Below, in pieces: positions 1 through 13,397 of a stretch of 64,000 bases of DNA. The notes under the pieces were generated by a model. The model was not told the DNA's origin, searched no databases, and worked only from the letters and a program-made list of their open reading frames with translations. Made by a program: the position numbers and the translations under genes. The DNA is from Bugula neritina (taxonomy: Eukaryota; Animalia; Bryozoa), in the NCBI GenBank assembly GCA_964035545.1, contig OZ037771.1, positions 13,205,133 to 13,269,132 of the forward strand, given 5' to 3'. Numbering within the stretch: position 1 is the stretch's first letter; every line of letters begins with the position of its first letter.

Positions 1-42
1 CACATTGAATTATTTTGCAGTGAATAGTTATAGGCTACAAAT

Positions 43-3000
43 GGCAACACAATCAGGCAAAGATATAGTTTACAAATTCTATAACTGCCGGATTTTAAAG
101 AATCACAAAATATATTGGGACGATCTTTGGGTGAGTAAATAATTATAGTTGGAACATAACCTAGATTTATTTGTTCCTGCATTTTATCAAACTACTGTTA
201 TATATAACCTGTAATATTGCTATATAAAACTCCCATAAATTCATAGTCGTCATCCCTGTGAGAAACCCCTGATGGAAAGGGTTTTTGTTAAATCGGACTA
301 AGGACTTATTCATATGTGACGCAGGAACAATTATGAATGGATGCTCTTTCTAACATCACCAATGTCCTTTACTGGGGTTCAAGCCCATGATTTCGTGTTT
401 AGTAAGCAAATGCTCCAACCCCTAGACAACTACTGTTCCCCAAGTAATATTGCTATATATGACATGTAATACTGTTATATATTACAAGTAATACATATAT
501 AAATAATGCTGTCATTTTGAACAAATGATATTTTCAAGATTTCTAGTGGGAGTGTTCTACTTTACATGTTCATATCACTATCTGCCTGCTGGTACATTCA
601 GCTGTATATTAGGTGCGAGACGGTGCAATACTCGACCCACAGAAGTGTTTCTATGGAGAAGTTATAAACCCTGATGTGAAAGTAGACTGTGGAGAGAGAC
701 TTATAGTGGCTGGCTATATAGAGACACAAATTAATGGCTTGTATAATTATTACACATCTATTACTACAGCTTTACTATCTGCAATTATATGACATGATAC
801 ACGCTATACATATATATTACTAGTCTTAGTGTATGTGACTACATTCTGAAATAATGGAAATATACCAGTGATAAATACTTTATGTTGCCCTTAAATATAT
901 TCTGTGACTGCTTTTCATTTAGCATTAGTTAAGTAAAAACAGAGGCAGTCTGGAAAATATTAGCGCACGTACATATCAGCTAGACCCCTGTTGACACCTG
1001 TTGACGGTGTGTACAAATTGTAAACAGGTGCTTACGGAGTGGACTTCTCTGATGCCCACGCAGCAGCTGACTTACACGACGTTAAGAGAGGAATCATGAA
1101 AGTTGCCAAAGGTTTACTCTCTCATGGTGTGACGTCTTTCTGTCCCACCTTAGTTACGTCCCCACCTGCTTTTTACCAGAGGGTAATGAATCTAAATAAT
1201 ATGTAACAATCAACCTCATTGGCTTATTTTGTGGAGTCAGCCACTTATGGCTGCTCTTAATAGTCTCATAGTCTTTCACACTGAAAAAGATCATGGTAAA
1301 ATTTTAATACTTGGTGAAGGTAAGAGAGCAGTTTTTATACCTATACCCTGTGCTGTGTGCCTGTTGAAGCAATATTCATTGTTCTTAGGTGATTCCACAC
1401 ATTAGGAAAAGAGAAGGCAATTCTGATGGTGCTGGTATACTTGGAATACATTTGGAAGGACCATTCATTAGTAAAGAGAAGAAAGGAGCTCACCCTGAGC
1501 AGTTCATCGTATCAGATCTGACCAATGGGAGCTCTTCTCAGCCATCACATGCTCTGGAAGAGGTGTATGGCAATGAGTTCTACAGCAACACAGCTATAAT
1601 AACCATGGCTCCTGAGCTACCCGGTGCTTTAGATGTCATACGTCAGCTTACTAACATGAAAGATATCCGGGTATCTATAGGTAATGCATTGGTATGGCCT
1701 GTCATGTGTTGTCACCTGTTCTCATAGCTATTGTATTTGATATATAGTAGCAAGCACCTGCTACATAGTGTCAAGCACCTGTTACAGAGTAGCAAGCACC
1801 TGCTACATAGTAGCAAGCACCTGCTACAAAGTAGCAAGCACTGCTACAAAGTAGCAAGCACCTGTTACATAGTAGCAAGCACCTGGTACATAGTAGCAAG
1901 CACCTGTTACATAGTAGCAAGCTGAGTTTGAAGTTTCTAAACCTGTTCCAGGTCACTCAGTGGGAACTATTAAAGATGGAGAGAAAGCAGTGCTGGCCGG
2001 AGCCAATTATATAACTCACTTGTTTAATGCTATGTTACCAGTGAGTATATATATTATACTATATACTATGTTATACTATTACACAGTATATACTAGATAA
2101 TACTATTACGCTTTATATACTATGTTATACTATTACACTATATATACTATTGCACTATATACCATGTTACTATAATATAAACTCAGTTCTGCTTCTGGTA
2201 GTTTCACCACAGAGATCCAGGATTGGTCGGTTTACTTACAAGTTGGAAATTGCCCAAAGATGCTGAGATCTACTATGGTATGATAGCGGACGGTATTCAC
2301 ACCCACCCCGCCACAATGAGAATTGCTCACAGAACTAATCCTAATGGTATCTACCATATCTCTTCTACTACTAGGTGTTATCTGCATATCTCCTCTACTA
2401 CCCGGTGTTATCTGCATATCTCCTCTACTACTAGGTGTTATCTGCATATCCCCTCTACTACTAGGTGTTATCTGCATATCTCCTCTACTACCAGGTGTTA
2501 TCTGCATATCTCCTCTACTACTAGGTATATCTGCATATATACTCTGCTACTAGGTGTTATCTGCATATCTCTTCTTCTACTAGGTGTTATCTGCATATCT
2601 CCTCTACTACTAGGTATATCTGCATATATACTCTGCTACTAGGTGTTATCTGCACATCTCCTCTACTACTAGGTGTTATCTGTATATCTCCTCTACTACT
2701 AGGTGTTATCTGTATATCTCCTCTACTACTAGGTGTTATCTGTATATATCTTCTACTACTAGGTGTTATCTGCATATATCCTCTACTACTAGGTGTTATC
2801 TGTATATCTCCTCTACTACTAGGTGTTATCTGCATATCTCCTCTACTACTAGGTGTTATCTGTATATCTCCTCTACTACTAGGTGTTATCTGTATATCTC
2901 TTCTACTACTAGGTGTTATCTGCATATCTCTTCTACTACTAGGTGTTATCCTGGTCAGTGACTCCATGTGTGCTGCTGGACTGGACACTGGTAACTACAG

Positions 3001-5110
3001 CATCGGGCAGCTGTCGGTAGAGGTGAAGGAAAACAAGGCTGTGCTGTCTGGAACTAACACACTTGCTGGAAGGTTGGTACCGTGTGCTCACCACCCATTA
3101 GATATGAATTTATTAGATCTTAGTCTACTTTTAAAGATGAGACACATCATCGGGAAATCCGAGTTTGGTCACATGATCAGCACAGTGTGTTATTGGTCGA
3201 TTTACCAGAGGTTTAGGGAACTGTACTTCTATGATCTAAATTTTTGTTAATAGAGTTAAACTACTTCCTATTTATAGTTTTCCTATAGGAGTGTCACATG
3301 TTTGGATTTGGATTAGTACAGGAGTTGTCTGCTCATCTGCAAACTAACTCAAGTTGTATAGTCAACTCTGGCACTTCCTGAAACTGTCTAACATACAGGA
3401 AATAATGATATTCAAACTTTACATAGAATATAGTTTAAAGGTTTTTCTGCATTATTATCACTGGTTGTATGTTTTTATACATATTCTGGTTTATAATATA
3501 TTGCAATACATTGCAGTCTATTGCAGCGTATTATAGATTTATAGTGTATTGTGATGTATTGCGATATATTGTAGTTGTTGCGGTGTATTGCAATATACTA
3601 CAATATAGTGTGGTAAATACTGTAGTATATTATAGTGTACTATAGTATATTTTGTTATATTTTAGTGTATTATAATACAGTGTTCCCTTCATATCTCACA
3701 AAATTCCATAAGTCAGGAAAAGGGCTTAGACCCCTGTTTTGTGACCTATGTATGTGTGTATAAGGACAAATTTCCGAATTTAACTGATGCGTGAGATAAA
3801 TTTGGTATTCTGCTACGTCATAAATTGACATAGTAGAATACCAAAACACTAAGATGTGTTTTAAGACCCACATCTTAGTGAGATATGGAGGGAGCACTGT
3901 ATATTGTATTATATTGTAGTATATTGTAGTGTATTGCAGTATATTATAGTGTATTGTAATGTGTTGAGGTGTATTGTAACATACCACAGTATCTTATAGT
4001 AAATATAATGAGTTGCTGTTTATTGCCAGCATTGCCTTCTTGGATCAGTGTGTCAGGAAATTCTACAAGGACACGGAGTGCTCTTTGGTGGAGGCTATTG
4101 AAGCCGCAACCCTACACCCTGCTAGACTTCTGAGTAAGTTCTTAGTCTAGCATTCAGTTTAATTATACTTATGAGAGAGGCTAAAGGTGTATTCTACTGT
4201 TATACTCATTTATTGTGTTAGTTATCCTCTCTTTATTTTTGTTATATAAACTAACTCATGCAAGTTTATAGTCATTATCCCTGTGAGAAAACCCCTGATG
4301 TAAAGGGTTTTTGTTAAATCGGGCCAAGGACTTGTTTAAATGAGGCACAGGAGCAATTATGACTGGATGCTCTTCCTAACATCACCAATGGCCCTTGTCC
4401 GGGTTCAAACCCATGACTTTGTGTTTACTAGGCAAATGCTCTAACCCCTTCAACTCCTTTGTTTATATTATAGATTATATCTAATATACATGTTCGTGTG
4501 TGTGTGTGTGCGCGTGTGTGTGTGCGTGCGTGTGTGTGCGCGTGTGTGTGTGTGCGCGCGTGGGGGTGTGGGTGGATGGGTGTGGGTGGGTGGGTGTGTC
4601 TTGTATTACAATGTCAAAATTCATTTTAATGCGAGTGAAATAGATCAATGAATCTTTTTGTGGTATACTATGTAAAGCTTTATTATGTTCTCTACTATAT
4701 TTAAGTAAGTTGTAATACATTATCATACAAGTTACGTTTAGCTCTGTCATGTATTAGTAATCTTCTACTATAAGAGTATCTAAATGTTACCCTTGAGTCT
4801 ATTTGCAATGTTCTGGCGGTTAGTTTTTATATGTTTCCTTCCAGTATTTACACTTTATATCATGCTAGATGCTGACCACAGGCTACTGTATAAGACCACA
4901 GGCTACTGTGGCCTTATACACGCTCACATACCCGTAGACTTTGTTCTACGCCGTACACTCTGTGTAGTGGTCATGTTATTCATTCCAGAGATACAAGATA
5001 GAAAGGGAACTTTAGACTTTGGTTCTGATGCAGATTTCGTAATACTTGATGATGAACTCAACATAGTGTCAACTTACATAGCTGGTGAATGTGTGTACAG
5101 GGGGGGATAA
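43..5110 (+). CDS. AMDHD2: N-acetylglucosamine-6-phosphate deacetylase (NagA/AMDHD2), 9 coding exons: 43-131, 613-736, 1028-1182, 1389-1681, 1952-2040, 2202-2346, 2943-3072, 4030-4133, 4989-5110
   Basis: Spliced translation gives family motifs [68 protein letters not shown] and [13 protein letters not shown]. Exon phases are consistent. Confidence 0.95.
227..441 (-). mobile_element. tRNA-derived SINE copy 1, in AMDHD2 intron 1
   Basis: Matches the ~210-bp family below. Flanked by a 16-bp TSD GTAATATTGCTATATA at 211-226 and 444-459. Confidence 0.85.
1745..1922. repeat. 21-bp intronic minisatellite (TAGTAGCAAGCACCTGCTACA)n
   Basis: About 8 tandem copies ending just before the acceptor at 1951. 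Confidence 0.9.
2347..2942 (+). repeat. 30-bp minisatellite (GTGTTATCTGCATATCTCCTCTACTACTAG)n forming the whole of AMDHD2 intron 6
   Basis: About 20 units from the donor GT at 2347 to the acceptor AG at 2941-2942. Confidence 0.95.
3678..3899. mobile_element. Tc1/mariner-type MITE (family A), inserted in a degenerate ~10-bp AT-rich repeat (~3495-3990)
   Basis: TIRs CAGTGTTCCCTTCATATCTCAC / GTGAGATATGGAGGGAGCACTG with TA on both sides; a second copy lies at 5143-5342. Confidence 0.85.
4254..4449 (-). mobile_element. tRNA-derived SINE copy 2 (head slightly truncated)
   Basis: Similarity to the other copies, e.g. GACTGGATGCTCTTCCTAACATCACCAATGG. Confidence 0.85.
4495..4598. repeat. (TG)n-type microsatellite
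   Basis: Visible TG/CG dinucleotide run. Confidence 0.9.
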
Positions 5111-5142
5111 TTTCTTATCAGCAGTTTCTCTCTGGAGTATTA

Positions 5143-5342
5143 CAGTGCTCCTTCTATATCTCACTAAGCTGTGGGTCCTAAAACCTCGATTCGTGACACA
5201 GAATACCAGATTTAACTCACGGATCCGTTAAATTCAGCCATTTTGTTCCTATACACACCTACATAGGCCACAAAACAGGAGTTCACGTCTTTTTCATGGA
5301 ATTTCGTGGGAACTGAAGCCGTGAGATATGAAGGGAACACTG
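5143..5342. mobile_element. Tc1/mariner-type MITE (family A), opposite orientation to 3678-3899, in the AMDHD2 3' region
   Basis: TA|CAGTGCTCCTTCTATATCTCAC ... GTGAGATATGAAGGGAACACTG|TA; interior resembles the reverse complement of 3678-3899. Confidence 0.85.
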
Positions 5343-5995
5343 TAATTGTTTTTGTACGATAATCAGTCACTTTTAAACAAAAAATAATAATTTAGTTGTT
5401 AGTAGAAACATAACTGTTTTCTTTCTTTTAGTGTATTTTGTAAATTCTTATGTTTACTTGAAAGTTGCATCAACTTTTTCATACTTCTTGAACCTAAAGC
5501 ACTTTCATGTTTTATAAAGCTGTTAGATGTATGTGCAATTTTGCTCAACTCCAAATTTATATATATATATATTGTTTATTTATGACATTATAGTCTTTGC
5601 TGTTTTACATCTTCATATTCTGTATATCTTTTAGGGAATATTGTTGTTATAACTTATTCTATTGGTGCAGAACTCATTGATGTCTAGTAATATTCAGGTT
5701 CAACTGTGCAGATCTTAATGTGGCCTATAGCTAGGCTTCATTAATGCTCGTTTAATTATTTTGTTTTTGTATTTTAATAAAAAAAGTTGTTGATATATAC
5801 CTCTAGCCCAGTTGTTATTTATAGTCAGTAGTTCCGCAATAAATACGCTAATCAATAGTATTTCTTTTCTATTGTTTTCTAATAACTTCTCCCAGAAAAT
5901 AAGCCTGTATGCAGGTATATGTTCACAACATGGATGTCCAGTGTTATGCCGTATGGTCGTATGGCAGCTTGTAATTAATAGCCATAGCAAAATGT

Positions 5996-8474
5996 CTACT
6001 CTTCCTTCATGTGTTTCTTCACAGCGTCATCATACATTGTTATGTCAAACTGAAAGCTTTTTGGAGACCCAAACTTCTTCCTTAAATATCGAGACTTTGA
6101 GCATTCTCTGTACACTTGGACGAATCCATCGTCTTCCTCACTCACTTCTTTGCTAACTGATGTCCTACAAAGTGGTAATATTCATTGTTTGTGTTAATTT
6201 GATGTAAAATACTACAATTGCACACATGCATAACCATATTAATAATATTTGGGTCATATTTCTGTAATGATAATAGCTTATTTAAATATTTGGCGTGAGG
6301 CTATTTTTCCTAATGTAATAGATTAAAGAAACTCTGACACACTTCATATATGCAGTATTAAAACATTCATATATATATCTTAGCTATCATCTACAGACTG
6401 TTAGAGGGTTGTGTGTTCAAACAATTGTGTTTTATAAGAAATTTTGTCTAAACATGTATCATTAATTTGGGAGTTGTGATTTCTTGCTGATGACGTATTC
6501 ATGCTCAATTTCATTACATGCTATTCTTAATAGCTGCTTAATCACTCAACTGGCTTAATTAAAGTTTAAACTACATAAATAAGGTATGTCAGGGATTTTT
6601 TAAAATCGGTAGTTTCTCCATCTCATATGAAGACCATACTGTAAAGTTAACCTGGTGGAGTCATCTTCTCGTATATATTTGAGTTTGAGCACATCTTCTT
6701 CGGAGATCTTTGGTTCATATTCTGGAGATTTTCTCTTCTGTAGACTCATTCTACGACCTCTGGTTAACCCTGTATTTGTTAAAGGACTTGGAATTTCATT
6801 AAAATTATTTACATGGAGCTAAAGTGTGTTGAATATCATTGTATAAAAAAACAACTTTTTATACTGAAAATCCCTACCAAGTTTCTTGTCATTTTTCTTT
6901 CGTTCAGCACTTAAAGGCTTTTGGTTCTCTTCATTGTTGGTCGTTGCCAGATTTTTCTGTTTTGGAGATACTGGCTGTAGCTGTAAATGTTAGCAGCATG
7001 GAGCATATAATACATTGAATTAAACAGCTATACTTACACTACTAGATGTTAACATGCACACACACACACACACACGAACACACACACGAACACACACACA
7101 CGAACACACACACACGAACACACACACACATACACACACACACGCACACACACGAACACACACACACACACACGAACACACACACACGAACACACACACA
7201 CACACACGAACACACACACACACGAACACACACACACACACATGGTACATGTACAAATCTCCATTAATTTTTACTAGGTAGCTCTTGGTTAATGGAGGAA
7301 CAAAGTGTGTCTTCTTGTTGCATTTTAGTGCTTCTTCACATTCTCCCTTCATTTCAGCGCCATGGTTAATAACTGCTGGACTGTTTTCTTTATCAGCAGG
7401 AAGGTACGGCTCTATCAAGATGTCCAGTTTCCTCTCTGTAAACATACTAAGAGATACTATTGTTGAAACTTGTAAATTATTAGAAGGAAATAGGTTTAAC
7501 CTCTAACAGAAACCCTGGTTTGTTATATATAGTATATATGATTGCAAGCAAGCTTTGGAGCTTTTATATTAATTATAATTTTTTAGATTGCTGTGTACTA
7601 AAATGCTTCCAATATAAAACTATAGTATTAGACAATGTAAAGAAAGATTCTCTATCAGTTCTAAGCCATATGTATGTCAAAATAACTAGCTCTTTCAAAA
7701 TATGTAATGCATTTGCTGAGTCTATGAGCAATAAACAGGTAAACAGATAAATCCGTGACTCACTTATAGTGGCAACTAATTGTACCATAGTTATCTCCTC
7801 TCTCTTCTTCCACTTTTTGTGTTTCCTAGCAACAAGCTCTCTGATATACTCCATATCATTAGGTAGGGGTTTTACTCTTGGCTTTTTAGTTATGTGTGGC
7901 AAGACTAAAGACAGCCATAAATACAACAATAAAAACATCAACATGGTGTGTTCGCGCGAGTGTGTGTGTGTGAGTGCAATACATACACACCTCCAACATA
8001 TACATTAGAGTTGTCTATCCTTGTTTGATGAGTTTTTCTAATTTCTGCCGCAACTTCTTCTTGCTCTTTTTCAATCTTTTTCAGCTGTAACCTGTAAGTT
8101 TGGTCATCTGATAATGTACAGAAGCTAAAGTTATTAGAAATAAGTCAACAAAATTAATAAAACACAACGCAACCCTATTCTATACAACTAAATGTAAAAT
8201 ATGTATCATAGTATCATATACGCGCATTTATATTACAATATATTTATGTGTAATATAGTAACTTATATAAACCTATAACTGAAAGATGCATATTATGTAT
8301 ACTTTATTAATATGAAATATTATGTAAACAGTGATAATTCAAACACCTAGCCTGCTTGTCAACATAGCGATATTCATTATGTAACTTAATTCCGATCTGC
8401 CTCTTTGCCTTTGCCAACTTTGACTGATTATTCTGTGCTCTACAAGCAGAAAGCAGTTGCTCTTTAAGAGCCAT
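5996..8474 (-). CDS. Uncharacterised multi-exon protein, K/E-rich and partly coiled-coil; about 7 coding exons (~8347-8474, ~7992-8125, ~7765-7904, ~7275-7446, ~6878-6980, ~6652-6769, 5996-6164)
   Basis: GT-AG bounded open exons reading [14 protein letters not shown]..., ...[20 protein letters not shown]..., ...[17 protein letters not shown]. No family recognised. Confidence 0.6.
7055..7241. repeat. (CA)n microsatellite interrupted by CGAA
   Basis: Visible. Confidence 0.9.
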
Positions 8475-9773
8475 ACACTACTTATGAGTGTATTAGCTCA
8501 CACAATACATTCTCATTCAAATTCTTAATACTGCAATAATTGCAGGAAACTCTTATTTTCATATCTCCAAGAAGTTTTTCCAGAACTTTTTTTAGCAAGA
8601 AGTACTGTGTCACGGAAAGGAGTAGAATAAAAAGTATTGATAATTTTATAGACAAGCTTCTCACCTCAATTTCATGCTGTTTTTTCCGAATCCGTTATCT
8701 TTCAGCACAGACCAGCTAATGTGTTACGATCACAGCTGAGCTTCTATGTAATATTAAGTAGATTTTAAGCTTTGTACGTTGATACAATTTACAATAAATT
8801 AATAAGCTACAATTGACGTAATATATTCAAGTGCCATACAACGATTTCTATATACATCCGCTGACAATAGAATAACAACTTGTACAAGAAAAATGTAGCA
8901 GCTAGAATGTACAAAGGAATAATTAGTATAAATGAGTAGTTGAGTTATTGTACGTTTGAGCCTTTAAATGGTTATAATCTAACATGGATATCCTTAATGA
9001 TTGTAATCTATAAATGTTTTGAGGCAAAGCATAGTGGCAGTTATAATTGACACGTGGAGTAGGTGATTGCCTTTTGTGACAACTTGATCAGTGTTATATC
9101 TGCATTCAATGACACCTGAAGCAAGTGCTATAAAGAACTCTAGGTTTCTGGTGACACTGGGCATGTGAAGCACATGTCAATGTAACTCAGGATCAATTTT
9201 GTTAAAGTTGAAGTGCTTTGTTTTCAATATAAGTGTTTTGTATGAAAACTTGGAAAATATTTTGTAATTTGTGTTATTAGGGTTGTCATATAACAGTAAG
9301 TCCAGGGCAAATAGGAAATGACTTTGAATAAGTCAAATAGCTTTATACAATTAGTATTATGTGTTAGTTAAACTTTTCATCATATTGATTCATCTCTGTA
9401 TAATTAGACAATATTCATCACTATCTATAATTATTTCAGCTGTACAGATCACTGGGATAAAGATTATAACGAATAAAAGTATTTTATTAAAAGGTGTGCT
9501 TAGAAATTAGTAAATTTTATTAAACTTTCTTTAAATTACCAACACTACAAATAAAAAAATTCACAAAATACATTTTTAGTGCACCAAAAAATGAATGTCT
9601 ACCAGTTGTAGGCATACAATGATTCAACCCATAATAAATGAAAATAGAATGTTAGTTAAAAGTGAATTATCTTTGACATAATATGGCAGAATGAAGCAGG
9701 TACCCCTGGGAAGTGAAATGTCCAGTGCTACTTGTATTGAAGTCTTGGAAATATGTCACAGCAAGTGCATAAC

Positions 9774-11848
9774 TCATGAGAAAGCAACTCCAATAAGAAA
9801 TCCTCCAGCAAATCCTCCAGTAAGAGGCACATTTTGTACAACAAAGTCAATTATCTAAAACAGACACAGTGGCATTGAAAAAGGCAACTCCTAGTTAACC
9901 TGTTAAACTAATACAACAACTCCAAGACTTTGGAAATAAACACAACTTGTAAAAAACTCCGCAGGTTTATAGTAATTATCCTTGTGGGAAACCTTGATAG
10001 AAATTTTTTTAAAGCAGGCTAAGGACTTATTCAGATGTGACACAAGAGCCTTTATGACTGGATGCTCTTCCTAACATCACCAATGGCCTTTACTGGGGTT
10101 TGAACCCATGACCTCGTGTTTACTAAGCCAAACGTTGTAACCTCTAGACCACGGCTGCTCCCTACAACTGACCCACTTATGCATTTTATGAAATAAAAGA
10201 TAAACTTTGCGTAATAATTGCTGCATGACACTTTGACTAAGTTTAGTCCAAACAAGATGGCGCAAGTAAAAGTAAACACCTACAGATTTCTGGTCCAGAT
10301 CTGCGGCTCGAGAACGTCTGATAAACTCGGTGCCACGATGTCCAAGGTCTTTGTGTATTCTCTTCCAGTCTACCTTGACATAGCCATAGTAATGGGCCAG
10401 CTACAGAAGTAATGGTGTGTTATTATATACAGCAATGAAGCTGTTATGGCAAACAGCAGAGGAAAAGTAGACAAACAAATACCTGCATTCCCAGCAGAGC
10501 TGTACCAATACTGAATGCCGCGGTCTTCCCTATTTTCATCAGCAAATATCCCGATAAACTGTAAAATAATACAAGACTACAATTGCTGAGCAGATTGTAA
10601 GCAGAAAAAAATCATGTGAAGGCACAAATGCTGCCATTTTCTTAGACCTGTAAATTATCACAGCTATTTTTACAAAAATACTAGAACTAACTCAAATAGC
10701 AATCTCTTGACCTATGAACAGGAAGACCTTGACTTATACACATAAATATTAATCAAAGCCTTTATTGGAGCAGCAAGTAAACTTGAATATGTGAACCTAC
10801 CACCCAGCTACTCCGCCCGCAGCAGCTTGTCCCCCGGGAGTCTTTGGTGAAACTTTAGTGACATAGCTTAGAATACGATCACGTCTGCTTTCCTCTTCAT
10901 CACCACCTCCTGTGTAACGTGCTAACAAAGTCTGGGCGTCGTCCAGCAGGTCATCTAACTAACCACGGGCAAAACATATTTCTAATATCACAGCATGGTG
11001 AATCAAACAATGACTTGAATTGACATGCAGTGATCAAGTCTAAACTTAAGATTACAAAAAACTAATAAAACCGGTGGGTAGTAATTTAAACACAAATAGA
11101 ATAAAACTGAAGATCTAAGTCTAGCTGATTTGAAATTATCATTTACAATAAACACTGCCATTCAGCTAACCGCAGTTTTGACTTTTAAATAAATATCAGG
11201 CATCATTTCCAAGTAAACATAAATATTCAATAAAAATATTATGTGTTTATTTCACTTAATCTATTGCATAACTCCACTCTACTTAACTTTTTACACATAT
11301 TTTTCTCTTAGTTTACATGTAATTAATAGAAAAATAATTGGTCAATAAACACAATCATGATTCAAGATATGTGGCGTAAGTTTTACTATGCAAACTAATA
11401 ATCGACTACACAGTTTAAAAGACAAAAAAGTTGGGAGGTTCAAACCTAGAATGTTTCGTCCCATTGGCTGTCCTATCACACTTTGTCTTTGTTAACGTTT
11501 ATGTTTATTATCAATGACAAATACACAGTTTCAGGATATCATAATGATATCCTAAAACTCAAACTGAAACTGTGTAACGCACTAACTGCATTATCTATGT
11601 TTATGATTATTGTTAAAATTAGCTTGGCGTAATGATAATTTTACTATTACGATTAGTAATTATCATTATTTATTATTTACGATGAGGGTCAGTACGACTA
11701 CTATTACGACTATAAACAAAGCAATGGCTAATGGTAATGCTGCTGAAAATCAATCCAATTATTACAATTGCTATGTTGCGTGGCTAGATTTGCTTTTAAT
11801 GTTTTTATAACAATGCACAATGAATAATGAAGCACTTACTTTTGCCAT
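9774..11848 (-). CDS. FUNDC1: FUN14-domain mitochondrial outer-membrane protein (FUNDC1/FUNDC2-like); exons 11840-11848, ~10801-10958, ~10483-10558, ~10280-10401, 9774-~9854
   Basis: Spliced translation QAAAGGVAGWLSGYLLMKIGKTAAFSIGTALLGMQLAHYYGYVKVDWKRI...FVVQNVPLTGGFAGGFLIGVAFS* matches the FUN14 family pattern. Confidence 0.85.
9953..10162 (-). mobile_element. tRNA-derived SINE copy 3, in the last FUNDC intron
   Basis: Family match; the head reads CTAGACCACGGCTGCTCCC on the + strand. Confidence 0.85.
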
Positions 11849-13397
11849 AACGATAGTGATGAGCGGGACCTGGTGTCAAACTCAATGGTATTAATTACTA
11901 TTACTTATTACTATTAGTAATACCAATAGTCTAATAGTAATAATAATATACTAATACTAATAGTAATAATAGTAATACTAAGTCTAATAGTCAATAGACA
12001 ATCTCAATCTGAATCACTTGATTTTGAGTTTTTCACAATCACAATGACAATGTCAATAATACTAAATCAGAATGAGAATGGGAATTAGTCTTAGCGTGGA
12101 TATAAATTTTGCTAGCACTGCAACAGTTGCCTATAGAAGTCAAAAACGAAATTAACAGTAAATTCAATTCAATTCATCTACCAGTATTCCTGCTGACGGT
12201 TGAAGAAATAATTATTACAATTAGCTTGCTGACCGAAAAAGGTTTAGAAACACTACGTACAGCGCACAAACTATAACAATTTTTAACTTATGTTTTTGTA
12301 CTATACTTTTTTCTGGCGGTTCAGATTGCGCCACTTCGCAATACGGATCTAGCCAGTGTGAACTTTAACCCTTTGCTCTCGGCCTCTCATGAAAATGCCT
12401 TGGGTGTATAGTGGATGATGGAGCAAACAACTTCGAAACCTTACCTGTCAGCTGTTTTGTGCGAGTATAGTTATGTCATAATATATAAAAAATAAAATAT
12501 TCTATTTGTAGAATTTGTACTCAGCTGTAAATTTATTTATAGTTCACCACCTAATATGATATCAATATTGCACAATATAAATTATGCAGAATAGACATAA
12601 TATTTTGTTAAATCTTACCATTTGTAACAGGCAGCTATAATAATAATATATTATTCATAAAAGTAACAACACTGCTGCAGCTTTGTGACTGTGTAGATTT
12701 TAATAAACTATTATTGTATGCAACTGCTCAAAATATGAATAAATAATAATATATATACATTAACACCTTGCAAAAACGCTCCAGATGGTACATGGGTCAT
12801 TTTACTTTATTTAGTACATTCACACCGCATTTTGGCACTTTTTACAGTGTTCTATGCTATCCCAATAATATACTTGGACTTTAAAGTCACTTTATTTCTT
12901 GTAGTAAAACCATGCTTTAGTTACTAAAAAGCATCAGTAGGTCAATCAAGTTAATGCATTGTAATCGTCATTAAAAAGTTAGAAACTAAAAATATTCTGA
13001 TTAACAGTCTTGAAAAAATGGAAATTTATTTATTTTAATATAACCGTGTAATTGAAATGGATGAAATTGAATTATTTATGCTATGTGATGGAAATAAACT
13101 TCTTTAAATTGCCAAAATTTTCTGCTCAGCAAATATTGTTTGTATGATTTGGTTTGACATAATTATTTAAAGTATTTATTCAACAGCATGTATGAATTGG
13201 GTCTTTTATGGTCCTATGTGTGTAAGGTAGCAACTCTGGCTGTACACCTGTGCATGAATCAGTTTATAGCTTTCTCTTCACCGCGAACTATTGAAAACAA
13301 CAGTACATATAATATATTATAATATATAGCTTGATGTCAACAATGACAAAATAATTTGAATAATACGTTACGTCTTACGACTAGTTCAACAATCAAA

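Noticed and set aside
2223-2988. Repetitive ORFs ([28 protein letters not shown])
   Set aside because: These are translations of the 30-bp intronic array.
7020-7281. VC/HT-repeat ORFs (also the IY-repeat ORFs at 28069-28401)
   Set aside because: These are microsatellite translations; only the ~7275-7446 part is a probable exon.
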